A DNA stretch of 63,274 nt, the filler included, from Octopus bimaculoides (lineage: Eukaryota), in assembly GCF_001194135.2 (NCBI RefSeq). It is 6 parts of 6 records of this genome, joined end to end, with 100 filler letters (N's around TTAATTAATTAA, not from the genome) between each part and the next. Parts side by side here need not be neighbours in the genome. Positions count along the whole stretch, not along the records: positions 1 to 30,880 come from NC_068982.1; 5 more parts are not named here. One strand, written 5' to 3'. Made by a program: the position numbers and the translations under genes. Below the pieces are notes generated by a model. That model was given only the letters and a program-made list of their open reading frames with translations, was not told the DNA's origin and searched no databases. Each line of letters begins with the position of its first letter. Position 1 is the stretch's first letter. Shown here piece after piece: positions 14,335 through 27,150 of this stretch.

Positions 14335-14785
14335 CATACATAAACACGCTATTTCATTCAGCACCGCTTGGAAGGAGTCATAAATGTTACCTTGCTTATC
14401 GTCTCCTTCAGTTTCAGTATCAGCTGGTGCATAGACTTGAATTACGGCAACTTTCACGTCTGGTTTGGAAACGCGCTGTTATAACCCTCTCATTTATTGG
14501 CTTCCAGCCAACCAATGTTGCAGTCACCTACTTGTCCAATATAATAATCCAAACCTCATACATATGTTGGTGCTCCGTGCCAGAATAAAGGATGGTAAAT
14601 CCGTCTGATATTATGCGATCATCACTTGTCCAATGCATTTCCCAAATACCTAGAATATCTAGATAGTCATTCTGCATTTCCGAATCCCTTGACTAAGTTT
14701 TCTGCTTTGGTATAATGTCCACACATTCCATATTGAAATTGCAGTGATGGTTTTGGCGTTGAAGATCTGGCTGAAGCATAAGCTG
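14335..14785 (-). mobile_element. RTE-like LINE fragment: AP-endonuclease N-terminus (pseudogenised)
   Basis: Minus-strand translation IWNVWTLYQSRKL..LDILGIWEMHWTSDD..ILYSG..GWKPINERVITARF..VIQVYAPADT, with frameshifts. Confidence 0.8.
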
Positions 14786-15425
14786 TCAATCTCGGACAAA
14801 ATGAAATCGGACGTTGATAAGTATAGATATCTCGGAAGCTGTATTTCCAACGAGGGTGTGCAGAAATTGAAGTCAAAATCAGGATAGGTAAAACAATGGC
14901 AGTATTCCAACGCATTTGTCCAATACGTAGACTCGCAAACCGTTGGTAAGATGATAAAGCTGCAGCTATACTCATCAAGTTATACCATCAGCCACCTACA
15001 CCTGCGAAACCTGGAGAAAGACAGACAGTGAAGATCTCTCAATTGCTGGACGTGTTCCATCGACGCTACCCACGTTCAATTTTCGGCACCTCTCACTAGG
15101 ACAGAGTGAGAAACAAAGAGGTAATGAGAAAAGCAGGCATGGGGAGCTTGCAGGACATGGTGACTAAGCGGCTGATTCGTTTTACTGGGCATGTGCTTCT
15201 ATTACTGCAAGAGAGACTTGCTACCGACGTGACGGTGCGAAAACAAGAAGAAAGAATAAAACTGAGAGGAAGACGACCAATGATGAACTGGCGCAGTACG
15301 ATATGAAACGATATGACAGTGGTGGGAGGTGGCTTGATTGGAACCAGGAGGAATGCGAGTAATCGAGATCTTTGGAGAAGGCTCGTTGCCCGTTGTGCAG
15401 ACAACACTGGAAGATCTAAGAGCTA
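14786..15425 (+). mobile_element. RTE-like LINE fragment: RT C-terminus and 3' end (pseudogenised)
   Basis: VDKYRYLGSCIS..EVKIRIGK..CETWRK..LDVFHRR..RVRNKEVMRKAGMGSLQDMVTKRLIRFTGHV, followed by a short ctaag repeat tail. Confidence 0.8.
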
Positions 15426-15699
15426 AGATCTACATACATGCATACATACATACATACATACAAACAGAAAGATTAACAGGTAGATGTACAAACAACTTAT
15501 ATATGTGTGTGTGCGCGCAGTCGTGTGTATGTATGTATGTAGTGATATTTATCTATCTTTCTACCCATAACAAATAAATAATTTGTGGATCTTCAGGTAA
15601 TTGCCGCAGCAGTTTTATTAGGGAATTTCTCCCAATTTATATGTAACTACTGACCGTAGAAGTGCTTCCGACGTAAGAACCGGGATCGTCGTGTCCCAA

Positions 15700-15915
15700 C
15701 TAACCTGTTATGTATATGTGTGTATGTAAGTATTTGTACATACGTATGTATTATATATGTATTTACGTATGTATGTATGTATGCATGTATGTACGTATGT
15801 ATGTATGTATATATGTATGTATGTATGTACGTACGTATGTATGTATGTATGTACGTATGTGTGTATGTATGTATGTATGTATGTATGTATGTACGTATGT
15901 ATGTATGTATGTATA
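15700..15915. repeat. (TATG)n tetranucleotide tract, representative of dozens of CA/TA/GA/TATG/GATA microsatellites
   Basis: Direct reading; most N gaps are flanked by such tracts. Confidence 0.9.
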
Positions 15916-16477
15916 TCTGTGTGCTTGCATGTATATGGGCGTCTGAGTATGTATTTATATATAGTATATACAGGCACACACACATAGATGCATACACGAA
16001 GACTTAAACCTGACGATTTATGAATTCAAAAACAGAACTCAATGTTAGACACCTGCAAACCCTCCAAGCCTTACATGATCTTTAAGAAGGAAAGATTTCA
16101 TTTTGTTTTAACATACCATTAGTCACATTTTTCTTCCGATCATGCCACTGGTGACGTGACAAATTTCAGATCAAGTAAGAACGTCCTAATACAATAATCT
16201 TTTCATTCATTTCTTCACTCGTTCGTTCTCTCTTTCCTCCTCTTCTCACATTCATTTCAAACATAATTCATTAGCGTCGTTATTTCTGTACACCAATCCC
16301 CCGTTCATTTCTTTCGCGTTCTCTCTTTTCTATTTACCTCTGCCTACTTCCTTTCGTGTTTTCATTTCGTGTTTTCTCTCACCTTTGTTATTTACTTTTT
16401 CTGTTGAAACTTAAGTTAACAGGACATTGATCTAAATATCAATAATGATGATGATGATGATAATGATGATAATTTAA

Positions 16478-16683
16478 GATTTTGGGAAAAGGCCAACAGT
16501 TTCGGGGAAGGGGATAGGTTGATTACATGACTACCAGTGTTCAACTGATACTTATTTTTTCGACCCCGAAAGGTTAAAAGGCAAAGTCGACCTCGGCGGA
16601 ATTACAACTCAGAGCACGAAGACTGAAGAAATACTGCTAAGCATTTTTACCGGCATGCTAGCGATTCTGCTAACTCGCCACCT
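16478..16683 (-). mobile_element. SINE family A
   Basis: Reverse-complement family A copy, flanked by (GAT/AAT)n and (AAC)n. Confidence 0.85.
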
Positions 16684-16684
16684 T

Positions 16685-16745
<61 letters not shown>

Positions 16746-16994
16746 GCAGCAACAAGAGCAAAACTATGAAAGAAAACTATGTCTTAATGTAAGACATCTC
16801 AGGAAACTGAAAGATCTTTCTTGTATGGGGTATATATACAAAAAATAGCTTCTAGATGCACTGCCACAGCACCACGTACATAAAAATGTAAACACTGCAA
16901 TATTTCTATACGGAAACTGCAAACATGTGAGTAAAATTTAAAATTTAAAATTAAATTAAAAGCACTAGAATGTATAGATTATTACATGTCAATG

Positions 16995-17390
16995 AGGTAT
17001 TCTTGACATGATCCCACACGCATGGATAAGTGACTGTTTGTGTATATTCAGTATAGAAGACAACATGAGCGAATTAATTAGCATGAAGAAATGGAAAGTA
17101 GATCTCTATTCAGATGATACATTCTTAGGGAAAGTTAACATCAAAAGAGGACATTTCCAGGGGGACTTGTCCCCTTTAATATTTGTCTAATGTTTGATCC
17201 CCTTCAGTTTAGTATTAAGGAAGGCAAAGGCCGGGTTTCAGTTCAGAAATAGTAATGGAAAAATTAACCATTTGCTCTACATGGATGATCTGAAGCTTTT
17301 TAGTAAGACTGAAAAAGCGATAGATTCCTTTATATAGACAGAAAGACTCTTCAGCAGCAAAAACATAGGCATGGAATTTGGCATGTTAGG
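16995..17390 (+). mobile_element. R4/Dong-clade non-LTR retrotransposon RT fragment
   Basis: IPHAWISDCL..KVNIKRGHFQGDLSPLIFV..KINHLLYMDDLKLFSK..IGMEFG. Confidence 0.8.
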
Positions 17391-17398
17391 ATGTATTT

Positions 17399-17502
17399 AA
17401 TTTGCCATCTACCATTACTGTATGAACCAGACTATCGGATGTTGTTAATCATCGCTGGTTACAATGCGCTTAGCATCGTTATAGCTTTCGAATGATGCTA
17501 TC
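17399..17502 (+). repeat. ~105-bp interspersed element with an 11-bp TSD-like duplication
   Basis: Flanked by atgttaggatg (17383-17393 and 17511-17521); an inverted homolog lies at 18112-18215. Confidence 0.7.
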
Positions 17503-17580
17503 CCTATTAAATGTTAGGATGCATCATGTTAGGATTTTTTTCCAACAGTCTAATCTGTTGTGTGTATATGAAAATAATAA

Positions 17581-17796
17581 TATTCCTTTCTGCTGTAGGT
17601 ACAAGGCCTGGAAATTTAGGGGAGGAAACTAGTTGATTACCTCGACATCAGTACTCAACTGGTACTTAATTTATCGACCCTGAAAGGATGAAAGGCAAAG
17701 TCGACCTCAGAGGAATTTGAACTCAGAACATAAAGACGGGGGAAACACCGCAAACATTTTTCCCGGCGTACTAACGATTCTGCCAGCTCGCCGCCT
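17581..17796 (-). mobile_element. SINE family A
   Basis: Reverse-complement family A copy flanked by AAT/GAT runs. Confidence 0.85.
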
Positions 17797-17849
17797 TAAT
17801 AATGATGATGATGATGATGATGATAATAATAATAATAATAATAATAACA

Positions 17850-18105
17850 GTATGAGCAAACCTCAGAAGAAGTCACTGAGAATGAGAATTGCAAAATCCT
17901 GTGGGATACAGGATTCAAAATTCAGGATACAGGATTCAAAATTCAGTGTGATCACCTGACCAAACATCGGAAACCGGACATTGTTGAGGTGAATAGAAAA
18001 GAAAGAACGTGCATGATAATCGACATAGCAACAGGATCAAAAAGAAAGAAGAAAAAATAAACAACTATAACGATTTGAAGTGGGAAATACGAAAGAGGAT
18101 TGTGT
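17850..18105 (+). mobile_element. R4/Dong-clade restriction-like endonuclease fragment
   Basis: ENENCKILWD..HRKPDIVEVNRKERTCMIIDIA..YNDLKWEI (PD..D motif), directly after a (GAT)/(AAT)n run. Confidence 0.7.
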
Positions 18106-18111
18106 AGACGT

Positions 18112-18215
18112 GATAGCATCATTCGAAAGCTACAACGATGCGAAGTGCATTGTGACCAGAGATGTATAACAACATCCGATAGTCTGGTTCATACAGTAAT
18201 GGTTGTTGGCAAATT
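18112..18215 (-). repeat. Inverted copy of the 17399-17502 element
   Basis: Shares ccattactgtatgaaccagactatcggatgttgtta and tagctttcgaatgatgctatc in reverse complement. Confidence 0.7.
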
Positions 18216-19750
18216 AAAATTTAGGTACAACTTTTAGTTAAAATATAGATATCAGATTTGGATCATTAAATTAATAATAATCACTTCAACTAAAGAATTT
18301 GGTCAAAAGTTTAGCTGCTAATTTCTTCTTATGAATGAGAAACCTTTTATTTTTATTCAAGTTTCGCAATACATATATTTCACATACAAAATACTAGCTA
18401 GACAAAAATTATAATTAGTAGTTAGACAGTTTTGTGCGGGCCAGCAGAGTATATAATTTATTTCCTCAATATGTATAAAGTTTCTGTTTCAAAATCTTAT
18501 ATGTAAAGAGAAACGAATGAGTTGACAAAAATATGCTAGCAATCACAACTGAAAAATACATATTACCACAATCACTTAAACTTTGATATATACGTAAGTA
18601 TGTATGTATGTATGTATGTAAACGCATACACAGGTAAACGCATACACAATATACAACTAAATATACGACCCTCCACAAGGATAAAACGTACGACGAGTAA
18701 ATGAAGTAACAAGTAAAGACATCTATAAACCCCTCTAAATAGAAATAGACAACAGTAACAACATCGTCAACTATGAAATTTAAAGCTATGTACACACATG
18801 TACATGCAAGCTAGTGCTTGTTGAGTCTGTATGTTATCTATAACCATGCGTTATCTGATGATAGACCCAAAACAAATCTACGCCTAGAAACATGATGTTC
18901 ATATCACAGTACAAAGATTGATAAAGGAAGATAACGATTAATGGGAAAAGAAAAGAAAAATATTGTTCCACTACATTATCACATTATGAATTTGACAGTA
19001 TTATTTCCAATATTCCCATAGTCAGGTGTAGATAAAAACTAAACCAAAAATATCTACTTGAGCTTTGTATTTTTGTTCAAATATATAATTTTATCACACA
19101 CATACCCTTACCACATTTTTTTCTTTTCTTTTTTTTTTTTTGGAAAAAAAATATCTTTGTTCTGATGCTTGGCAAAATATTTAGGAGGGAGCGAAAGACT
19201 ATTGTTACTGAAAACAAAATTAGAGATTAGAAGCAGTGTCGTTACGGCAGGGTGCAGGTCATGGCGTATGGTGGAACCAGATGTTTCTTAGGATTCGACA
19301 ACTAATTGGCTATAGGATCCTGTGGGTAATTTTATCTGTTAATGTAATTGGTCTGGCTTACACGCCATTTGATACATCTCAACTGTAGTATCTGTCTAAG
19401 GACCCATGTTGTAAAGTTCAGTTAATCCCGTCATCAATCACAGGGATCCGCATGCCTGGGGTGGTGCTTAATTCTTATTATCACTCTGAAGGCCCAGCTT
19501 TTTAAAACCATTTTTGTTGCTGATGTTGTTGTTGTTGTTGTTTCTAATGAGAAACTTTACAAGAGCCTAAATAATAATCCCCAAGAATATACGTAGCACA
19601 CAGAAAATAACACTGCAAGATATTGTACACATCTTACGATGAGTATATTCATAACAGTAAAAATAACATCAAAACAAACCACAGCTCGTACCTTAGGCGC
19701 ACAGAGATGCGCTCGGTAGTGCAGAGAAAGCAAGCAATAAGAATGATATC

Positions 19751-20190
19751 AATCCTTTCTACTATAGACATAAGGCCTCAAATTTTGAGAGAAGGTCTAG
19801 TTGATTACATCGACCCCATTGCTTGGCTGATACTCATTTCATCCACCCTAAATGGATGAAAGGCAAAGTCGACGTCGGCGTCATTTGAACTCAGAACGTA
19901 AATAGCCGAAAGAAATACTTCTAATTATTTTGTCCGGTGAGCAAATGATTCTGTCAGCTCACTGCCTTCAATAGTAATAATCTTTTCTACTAATGGTACG
20001 AGCCCTAAAATTATGGGGGAGGGGAATAGTCGATTACATAGACCCCAGTGTTTCACTGTTACTTAATCTATCGATCCCGAAAGGATGAAAGGCAAAGTCG
20101 ACCTCGGCGGAATTTGAACTCAGAACGTAAAGACGGACGAAATGCCGCTAAGCATTTTGCCCGGCGTGCTAACGATTCTGCCAACTGGCC
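19751..20190 (-). mobile_element. Two tandem SINE family A copies
   Basis: Copies at about 19751-19966 and 19980-20190, separated by aatagtaataat. Confidence 0.85.
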
Positions 20191-21825
20191 TTCAATAGTA
20201 ATAATGGTATATACTAATAAAAAAAGAAAAAAGGCAAAATTTCTGATAGCTTCCACAGTACGAATTTCGATTTAAGAATGAATTTTTGAATAGAAGCATA
20301 CATGTGTGCAAATCCAGATACACACGCACGCACTAGTCTGTCTATGCGCCTGTTTTCAAAGCTAACCGAAAGTCAGATTAGTCTCATAACCTTTCGCACT
20401 TAGAAACTAAGATACTCGCCCCGTGCTTGTACAACTCTCTGTCTGTTTGTCTGTCTGTCTGTCTCTCCTTCTCTCTCTCCCTCTCTCTCTCTCTTTCCTC
20501 TCCCTCTGTTTGTCTGTCTGTCTTTCTTTCTCTCTCTCCATCCACACTCCTCCTCCCGCTTTCTCACTCCCTGATTGTTTCATTTTGGATCTTCCTTTAG
20601 GTCAAGGATTTCATGGCTGAGATCTCCATGTCAGCTCGCAATTACATAAGCAATTAAAGCAATTCATGAAAACATTATATGTCAACGAGGTATTCTTGAT
20701 TTCATAGAAATTAGATGAATAATATTTCCGTAATTTTCGGTTGTAATTAGATAAATAATTCGTAATTATAACAAAATTGCTTCTTTTGTGCAAAATAGTG
20801 AGAGTTCAATAAGGGTTTCTTTGAAAAATCAGTTTTAGGTCAATGATATCATAAATTCAAAGAGAATACTACTTAATACTATGAGACACAGGAAATACAA
20901 ATTATGCAATCATTTCAATATGTTGCACGGTTTTAGTTGCAAGTGTCTTTTTCGTAGTAGCTTAATTTTTCTTTTATAAGTGCAATTTTAGTGTGTAAGC
21001 TTTGAATGAACTTGGGTGTTTCGCAAAGAATCCTTACTGATCCAGGTACATTCCAGAATAACGCATGGACAAATAAAATATCCGTGTTCGATGTTCTTTC
21101 GCAGTAAAGTAAGGCCGAGTCGAAACAAAAAATGTAGAAATGATGAAAGCTTAATAGGGGGACGGTGGATGAGAAGAGAAACACGGACTGTTGGGAAGAA
21201 ATAACAGTTAGAGGTAAGAATCATTCTAAAATATGTTGCCAGTTTTCCTTTCCTTCCTCACTCAGTCTTTAATGTTATGCTTTCTATCCCATTGTCTCTA
21301 TATTTCTCATCTAGTCTTTTAGTCATTTGTCCTTGTCTTGTTAGCTATTCATTCTCCTTTGATGTTTATCTGCTTCTCACCAGTTTCCTCTCAGTCTCGT
21401 GCTCTTCCCCTCTCTGTCCCATGCACTTGCACGTCCGTTGCCCATTCTATACCTTCTGGCACGCTTCCCCAACGCATTCTCGCTCACCTGCTATCCTTCT
21501 ATACCATGACCATCTATTCTTGTAAGGCGGCAACCTGCAGCCCGCAGGACTTTCAGAATGGCATGCCTAACGAAAAATTACATCAAAAGTTTTAGTAGTG
21601 CGACTCGCCTAATGATGATCTCCGACACATGCAGCCCGCTTCTCGAAAAGTATTCCCCATTCTATTCTAGCGGCAATACCTATTTTCTGTCTTCTCATTT
21701 CGTCTACCCACCGTGCTACGTACGGCATCCTTCGCCGAGAAGAAACTAGTCCAGAGAGACAGCAGGGTAATGCCGTTAGTAAGGGAGTTAGGGAAGGTGA
21801 AAAAGGAGATTGAAGTATAGTTGTT

Positions 21826-22200
21826 GGCACTCCGTCGCTTCCGACGTCGAGGGTTCCAGTTGATCCGATCAACGGAACAGACTGCTCATGAAATTAACGT
21901 GCAAGTGGCTGAGCACTCCACAGACACGTGTACCCTTAACGTAGTTCTCGAGGTTATTCAGCGTGACACAGTGTGACAAGGCTGACCCTTTGAATTACAG
22001 GCACAACAGAAACAGGAAGTAAGAGTGAGAGAAAGTTGTGGTGAAAGAGTACAGCATGGTTCGCCACCATCCCCTGCCGGAGCCTCGTTGAGCTTTAGGT
22101 GTTTTCGCTCAATAAACACTCACAACGCCCGGTCTGGGAATCGAAACTGCGATCGTATGACCGTGAGTCCGCTGTCCTAACCACTTGTCCATTGCGCCTC
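21826..22200 (-). mobile_element. tRNA-derived SINE family D (full length)
   Basis: Minus head ggaggcgcaatggacaagtggttag..gtttcgattccc (A/B boxes); tail gttaagggtacacgtgtctgtggagtgctcagccacttgcacgttaatttca..gatcaactggaaccctc. Confidence 0.85.
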
Positions 22201-22633
22201 CACTGAAGTATAGTATCAGCATAAAACAGGGGACACTAAGCTTAGAGAAGTTAGTATAAGTGAAAGCACATGACTGGACAAAATGAACAAGTAAAAGAAA
22301 GTAACAAGTGAGAAATGAAAACGATAAATAAAAAAATGAACTACACCACCAGCACGTTATCCTTGTTTATTCTTATTTACTTGTTTCAGTCATTTGACTG
22401 CGGCCATCTTGGAGCGTCGTCTTAAACGGCTTTAGTCGATCAAATCAACAACAAGACCTATTTTCAAATCATAGTGCTTATTCTATCAGTCTCTTTTGCA
22501 GAGCCGCTCAGTTACGGGGCCGTAAACACACCAATACCGGTTGTTAAGCGGTGACGGGAGGGACAAACACACATAGATACATACACACACACACATACAT
22601 ACATATACATATATATATGTACATATATGTATA

Positions 22634-22724
<91 letters not shown>

Positions 22725-23541
22725 GTATGTGTGTGTGTTTGTGTGTGTGTATATATATATATGGGAGAATTTACGAAAAAAACAACAACAGACGAGGACA
22801 GGTGGTGTAGTGCTTCTTTCAGCTTCCGTCAACCAAATCCGCTCACAAGACTTTGGTCTGCCGGAAGTAGTGGGACTGAACCCGGAACCATGTGGTTGGG
22901 AAGCGCCTATAACAAAAATGTACTTGGTTTCTGCATATTGAGTATCTCCTCCTTCCCCATTCCTCCACCATCTCTATGCTACTACTTTTCTTTCCTCCCA
23001 AATTATAAGAGGTACTGCACGCTGGTAACATTTACCCGCCCTCCATTACTCTTCTGTCATTATCCTCTCGTAGACATGTTATATTGTGAATGTGTCCTGG
23101 CTCTTCATCATCACCAACCTATCTATCTCCTCGCCGCCGTACTCAACCCGCCAATACATAAGGTGGGATGGGGAAGCACTCCATCTATGAAATCCTCACA
23201 TCTCCCCTCCTCATTACCCTTTGTCCTTACCACTTTACATCTCTCCCCCGCTATTCCCTTTACTTATTCCACTCCCCACCTATTACTCCACCTATTCTTT
23301 ATTCTTTTATTCTTTTACTTTTTCAGACTAAGGTCATGATGGAGCACCGCCTTAAAGGGTTTTAGTCGAAGAAATCAACCCCATGACTTATTCTTTGTAC
23401 GCCTAGTACTTATTCTATGGGACTCTTTTGCCGAACCACTAAGTTACGGAAATATAAACACCAGTATCAGTGTAGCGGTGTGGGGAACAAACACAAGACA
23501 CAAAGAAACACACACATAATTCCATATATATACATATATGC

Positions 23542-23587
<46 letters not shown>

Positions 23588-23634
23588 ATAAAACTGACTT
23601 GGAAGAGGTTGCGTGGCGTTCAATCATATAATAC

Positions 23635-23665
<31 letters not shown>

Positions 23666-24624
23666 TATATATANNNNNNNNNNNNNNNNNNNNNNNNNNN
23701 NNNNNNNNNNNNNNNNNNNNNNNNNNNNNNNNNNNNNNNNNNNNNNNNNNNNNNNNNNNNNNNNNNNNNNNNNNNNNNNNNNNNNNNNNNNNNNNNNNNN
23801 NNNNNNNNNNNNNNNNNNNNNNNNNNNNNNNNNNNNNNNNNNNNNNNNNNNNNNNNNNNNNNNNNNNNNNNNNNNNNNNNNNNNNNNNNNNNNNNNNNNN
23901 NNNNNNNNNNNNNNNNNNNNNNNNNNNNNNNNNNNNNNNNNNNNNNNNNNNNNNNNNNNNNNNNNNNNNNNNNNNNNNNNNNNNNNNNNNNNNNNNNNNN
24001 NNNNNNNNNNNNNNNNNNATAAAGAGCGACCCTTCATCAGTTGTTGGCGGTTTTTCTACTCTCGCATTTAGAGCATTTAACAACAATATATGCTTTCGAT
24101 AAAGCAGTTGTTCCTGCAAAGCAAATTAAATAAAATCTGGGATTTTGCGGAGGGTCAAAATAGGCAACACAGACAGGACAGTGAAAACAATCAGGAAGGG
24201 CTGCTAAGCCTAAACGAGGTTGTGGTGGTGAACGCGTAAATCAAGCTTGGACAGGAGACAGACAAGAACACGTCTTCCTTGTTCCAGCTACAATGGAGAG
24301 AAAGAAAGAAACACAAGTTAGGAGAAGTAAGAGATATGGCCGATGGTCACGAGGGAGCCACGTGAGCAAGGGAAGAGGAGTGGGGGAGAGAGAGTGACAG
24401 AGTAATAGGATAGAATAGTAGGAGAAGAGGAGGTAAAAGAATAAGAGAGAGAAAGATAGAAACATGAAAGAGTAAAAAGATCGTATAGAGTGCACATATA
24501 CGGAGGTGTTTGTTTGTGTGTGAGTGTATTATAAATCCAATGTAGGTAGAATTTACCGAAATGTACTCGATATATATATGTGTGTATGTATATATATATA
24601 TATATATATATTGGAGAATATACA

Positions 24625-24795
24625 AATAATAACAACAGACGAGGACAGGTGGTGTAAATAACAAAAGGATATATTAGTATGACGCTCGGGAATACGGAAA
24701 GTCTTTGACGTTTCGAGCTACGCTCTTCAACAGAAAGAATACGGAGACAAGGAGAAAAACACGGAGAAAAAAAATTGAATAGTGTTCAGTCAACG
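24625..24795 (-). mobile_element. Family 1 hammerhead-bearing short element (Penelope-like pLTR/retrozyme-like)
   Basis: Contains the family 1 ribozyme motif. Its downstream sequence recurs at 30809-30880 (+) and about 22787-22812 (-). Confidence 0.55.
24702..24738 (-). ncRNA. Minimal type I hammerhead ribozyme motif, family 1
   Basis: Minus strand: tcttt-CUGUUGA-a-GAGC gta GCTC-GAAA-CG-UC-aaaga. Stem I is 5 bp, stem II 4 bp, stem III is the palindrome ACGU, cleavage triplet GUC. The core has an A6U variant. Confidence 0.7.
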
Positions 24796-24888
24796 GTCAT
24801 ATATATATATATTTATATATTTATATATATATATACATGCTCAAACGTATTTAACTACATATACACTTATATGTAGACAGACAAAGAA

Positions 24889-24931
<43 letters not shown>

Positions 24932-27113
24932 TTTCCTCCGATGCATATACATTTGTGTAAATATACAAACATCCTGATGCTTGTGAGTAGGTATGTACTT
25001 GCATGTACATACATGCGTGTGGTTTGTGTGTGTGCGTGTGTATAAGTGTGCGGAAACGCATGTATAAGCGTGTTCTTACATAATGACATGAATCTAAAAT
25101 AAAAGCATCACTTGGACTAGTATTCAGGTCATTCTTGGTATGTAAATAGCAATAAACATATTATGTACAACTAGGACAAATATAATACGATCATGTTTTT
25201 TTGTTTTTTGTTTTTTGTTCGACGCTTTTTTCTTTTTCCCTATATTTGGAAGACTGTCTTGCTGTGCTTACTTATCTCTATACCATATATCCACTACGAA
25301 ATTAATTAACGCATTCAGATCACATATGGTAATGACCCTGAAATGCTTAAGGCATAGGAATATGAAATAGTTATGATAACTAAAAACCGAAACTGGGCCA
25401 CAAAAACGCTTGTTGAAGAGTTTTTTTCTTTTTATTCATAAACCATACGATTATATTCAGGAAATTATTTACATGTGTGTGCCACACTCGCCTATCTATC
25501 TATCTGTCTGTATCACTCTATCAATATAAACGTGTGTGTGCTTGTGTGTGTTTATGTATGTTATGTATGTGTGCATACGTGGGCGTATGTGTGTGCATAA
25601 AACACACACGCATGCACTATATATATATATATNNNNNNNNNNNNNNNNNNNNNNNNNNNNNNNNNNNNNNNNNNNNNNNNNNNNNNNNNNNNNNNNNNNN
25701 NNNNNNNNNNNNNNNNNNNNNNNNNNNNNNNNNNNNNNNNNNNNNNNNNNNNNNNNNNNNNNNNNNNNNNNNNNNNNNNNNNNNNNNNNNNNNNNNNNNN
25801 NNNNNNNNNNNNNNNNNNNNNNNNNNNNNNNNNNNNNNNNNNNNNNNNNNNNNNNNNNNNNNNNNNNNNNNNNNNNNNNNNNNNNNNNNNNNNNNNNNNN
25901 NNNNNNNNNNNNNNNNNNNNNNNNNNNNNNNNNNNNNNNNNNNNNNNNNNNNNNNNNNNNNNNNNNNNNNNNNNNNNNNNNNNNNNNNNNNNNNNNNNNN
26001 NNNNNNNNNNNNNNNNNNNNNNNNNNNNNNNNNNNNNNNNNNNNNNNNNNNNNNNNNNNNNNNNNNNNNNNNNNNNNNNNNNNNNNNNNNNNNNNNNNNN
26101 NNNNNNNNNNNNNNNNNNNNNNNNNNNNNNNNNNNNNNNNNNNNNNNNNNNNNNNNNNNNNNNNNNNNNNNNNNNNNNNNNNNNNNNNNNNNNNNNNNNN
26201 NNNNNNNNNNNNNNNNNNNNNNNNNNNNNNNNNNNNNNNNNNNNNNNNNNNNNNNNNNNNNNNNNNNNNNNNNNNNNNNNNNNNNNNNNNNNNNNNNNNN
26301 NNNNNNNNNNNNNNNNNNNNNNNNNNNNNNNNNNNNNNNNNNNNNNNNNNNNNNNNNNNNNNNNNNNNNNNNNNNNNNNNNNNNNNNNNNNNNNNNNNNN
26401 NNNNNNNNNNNNNNNNNNNNNNNNNNNNNNNNNNNNNNNNNNNNNNNNNNNNNNNNNNNNNNNNNNNNNNNNNNNNNNNNNNNNNNNNNNNNNNNNNNNN
26501 NNNNNNNNNNNNNNNTATATATATATATATGTATATATAAAGAAAATGGAAAGTTTGAGCACAGAAAAAATCAATTTACTTATATATAGTGAATTTCATA
26601 TCCTCTACGTACGTTTCAATTTCTTACCTTCATTCATATTTTACAATTAAGATTGCATTATGCATTCAAAACGTAAATATCTCTTCAGAGCAAAAAATTG
26701 ACAAATATTCATTCACATCCTAATGGACTGCGAGTTGCTTACCGACAGAAATAGCAGCATGCGCGCGTGTGTGAGCATGTGTGTCTTTTGGATTCTTTTC
26801 TAAAAATTACTTGAGGTTAAACTACGACTTCAGTGGACAATGGCTAGTTGCAGACCTGAGGAACTAGGTCATACTTGGTCATACTTGGTCATTCACCCTT
26901 AATGGAATTTAGATCGGTTTTCATAGAGGCTGCCTGCCATTCCTTTCTCTACTCACCCGTGAAAAAAATATAAAATAAAGTATATAGATTGGTATGTATC
27001 CAAATCAAAATGTTATTTAACTTCTACTTATTTGATTATGAGAATTTCACTACATTCCATTGAAAGAGCTACCTCTTTCCATTAGAAACTTCATAAACAC
27101 TCACTACATATAT

Positions 27114-27150
<37 letters not shown>

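Noticed and set aside
20933-21184. Protein-like minus ORF (..VHALFWNVPGSVRILCETPKF..)
   Set aside because: No splice signals or family motif that I can recognise.
22130-22200. tRNA-like sequences at SINE heads
   Set aside because: A/B boxes are present but there is no complete cloverleaf; these are SINE heads, not tRNA genes.
24019-24060. CTGATGAAGG on the minus strand next to a gap, a possible fourth hammerhead
   Set aside because: It is followed by gtcgctcttt and then Ns; no stem II or GAAA is visible, so it cannot be supported.
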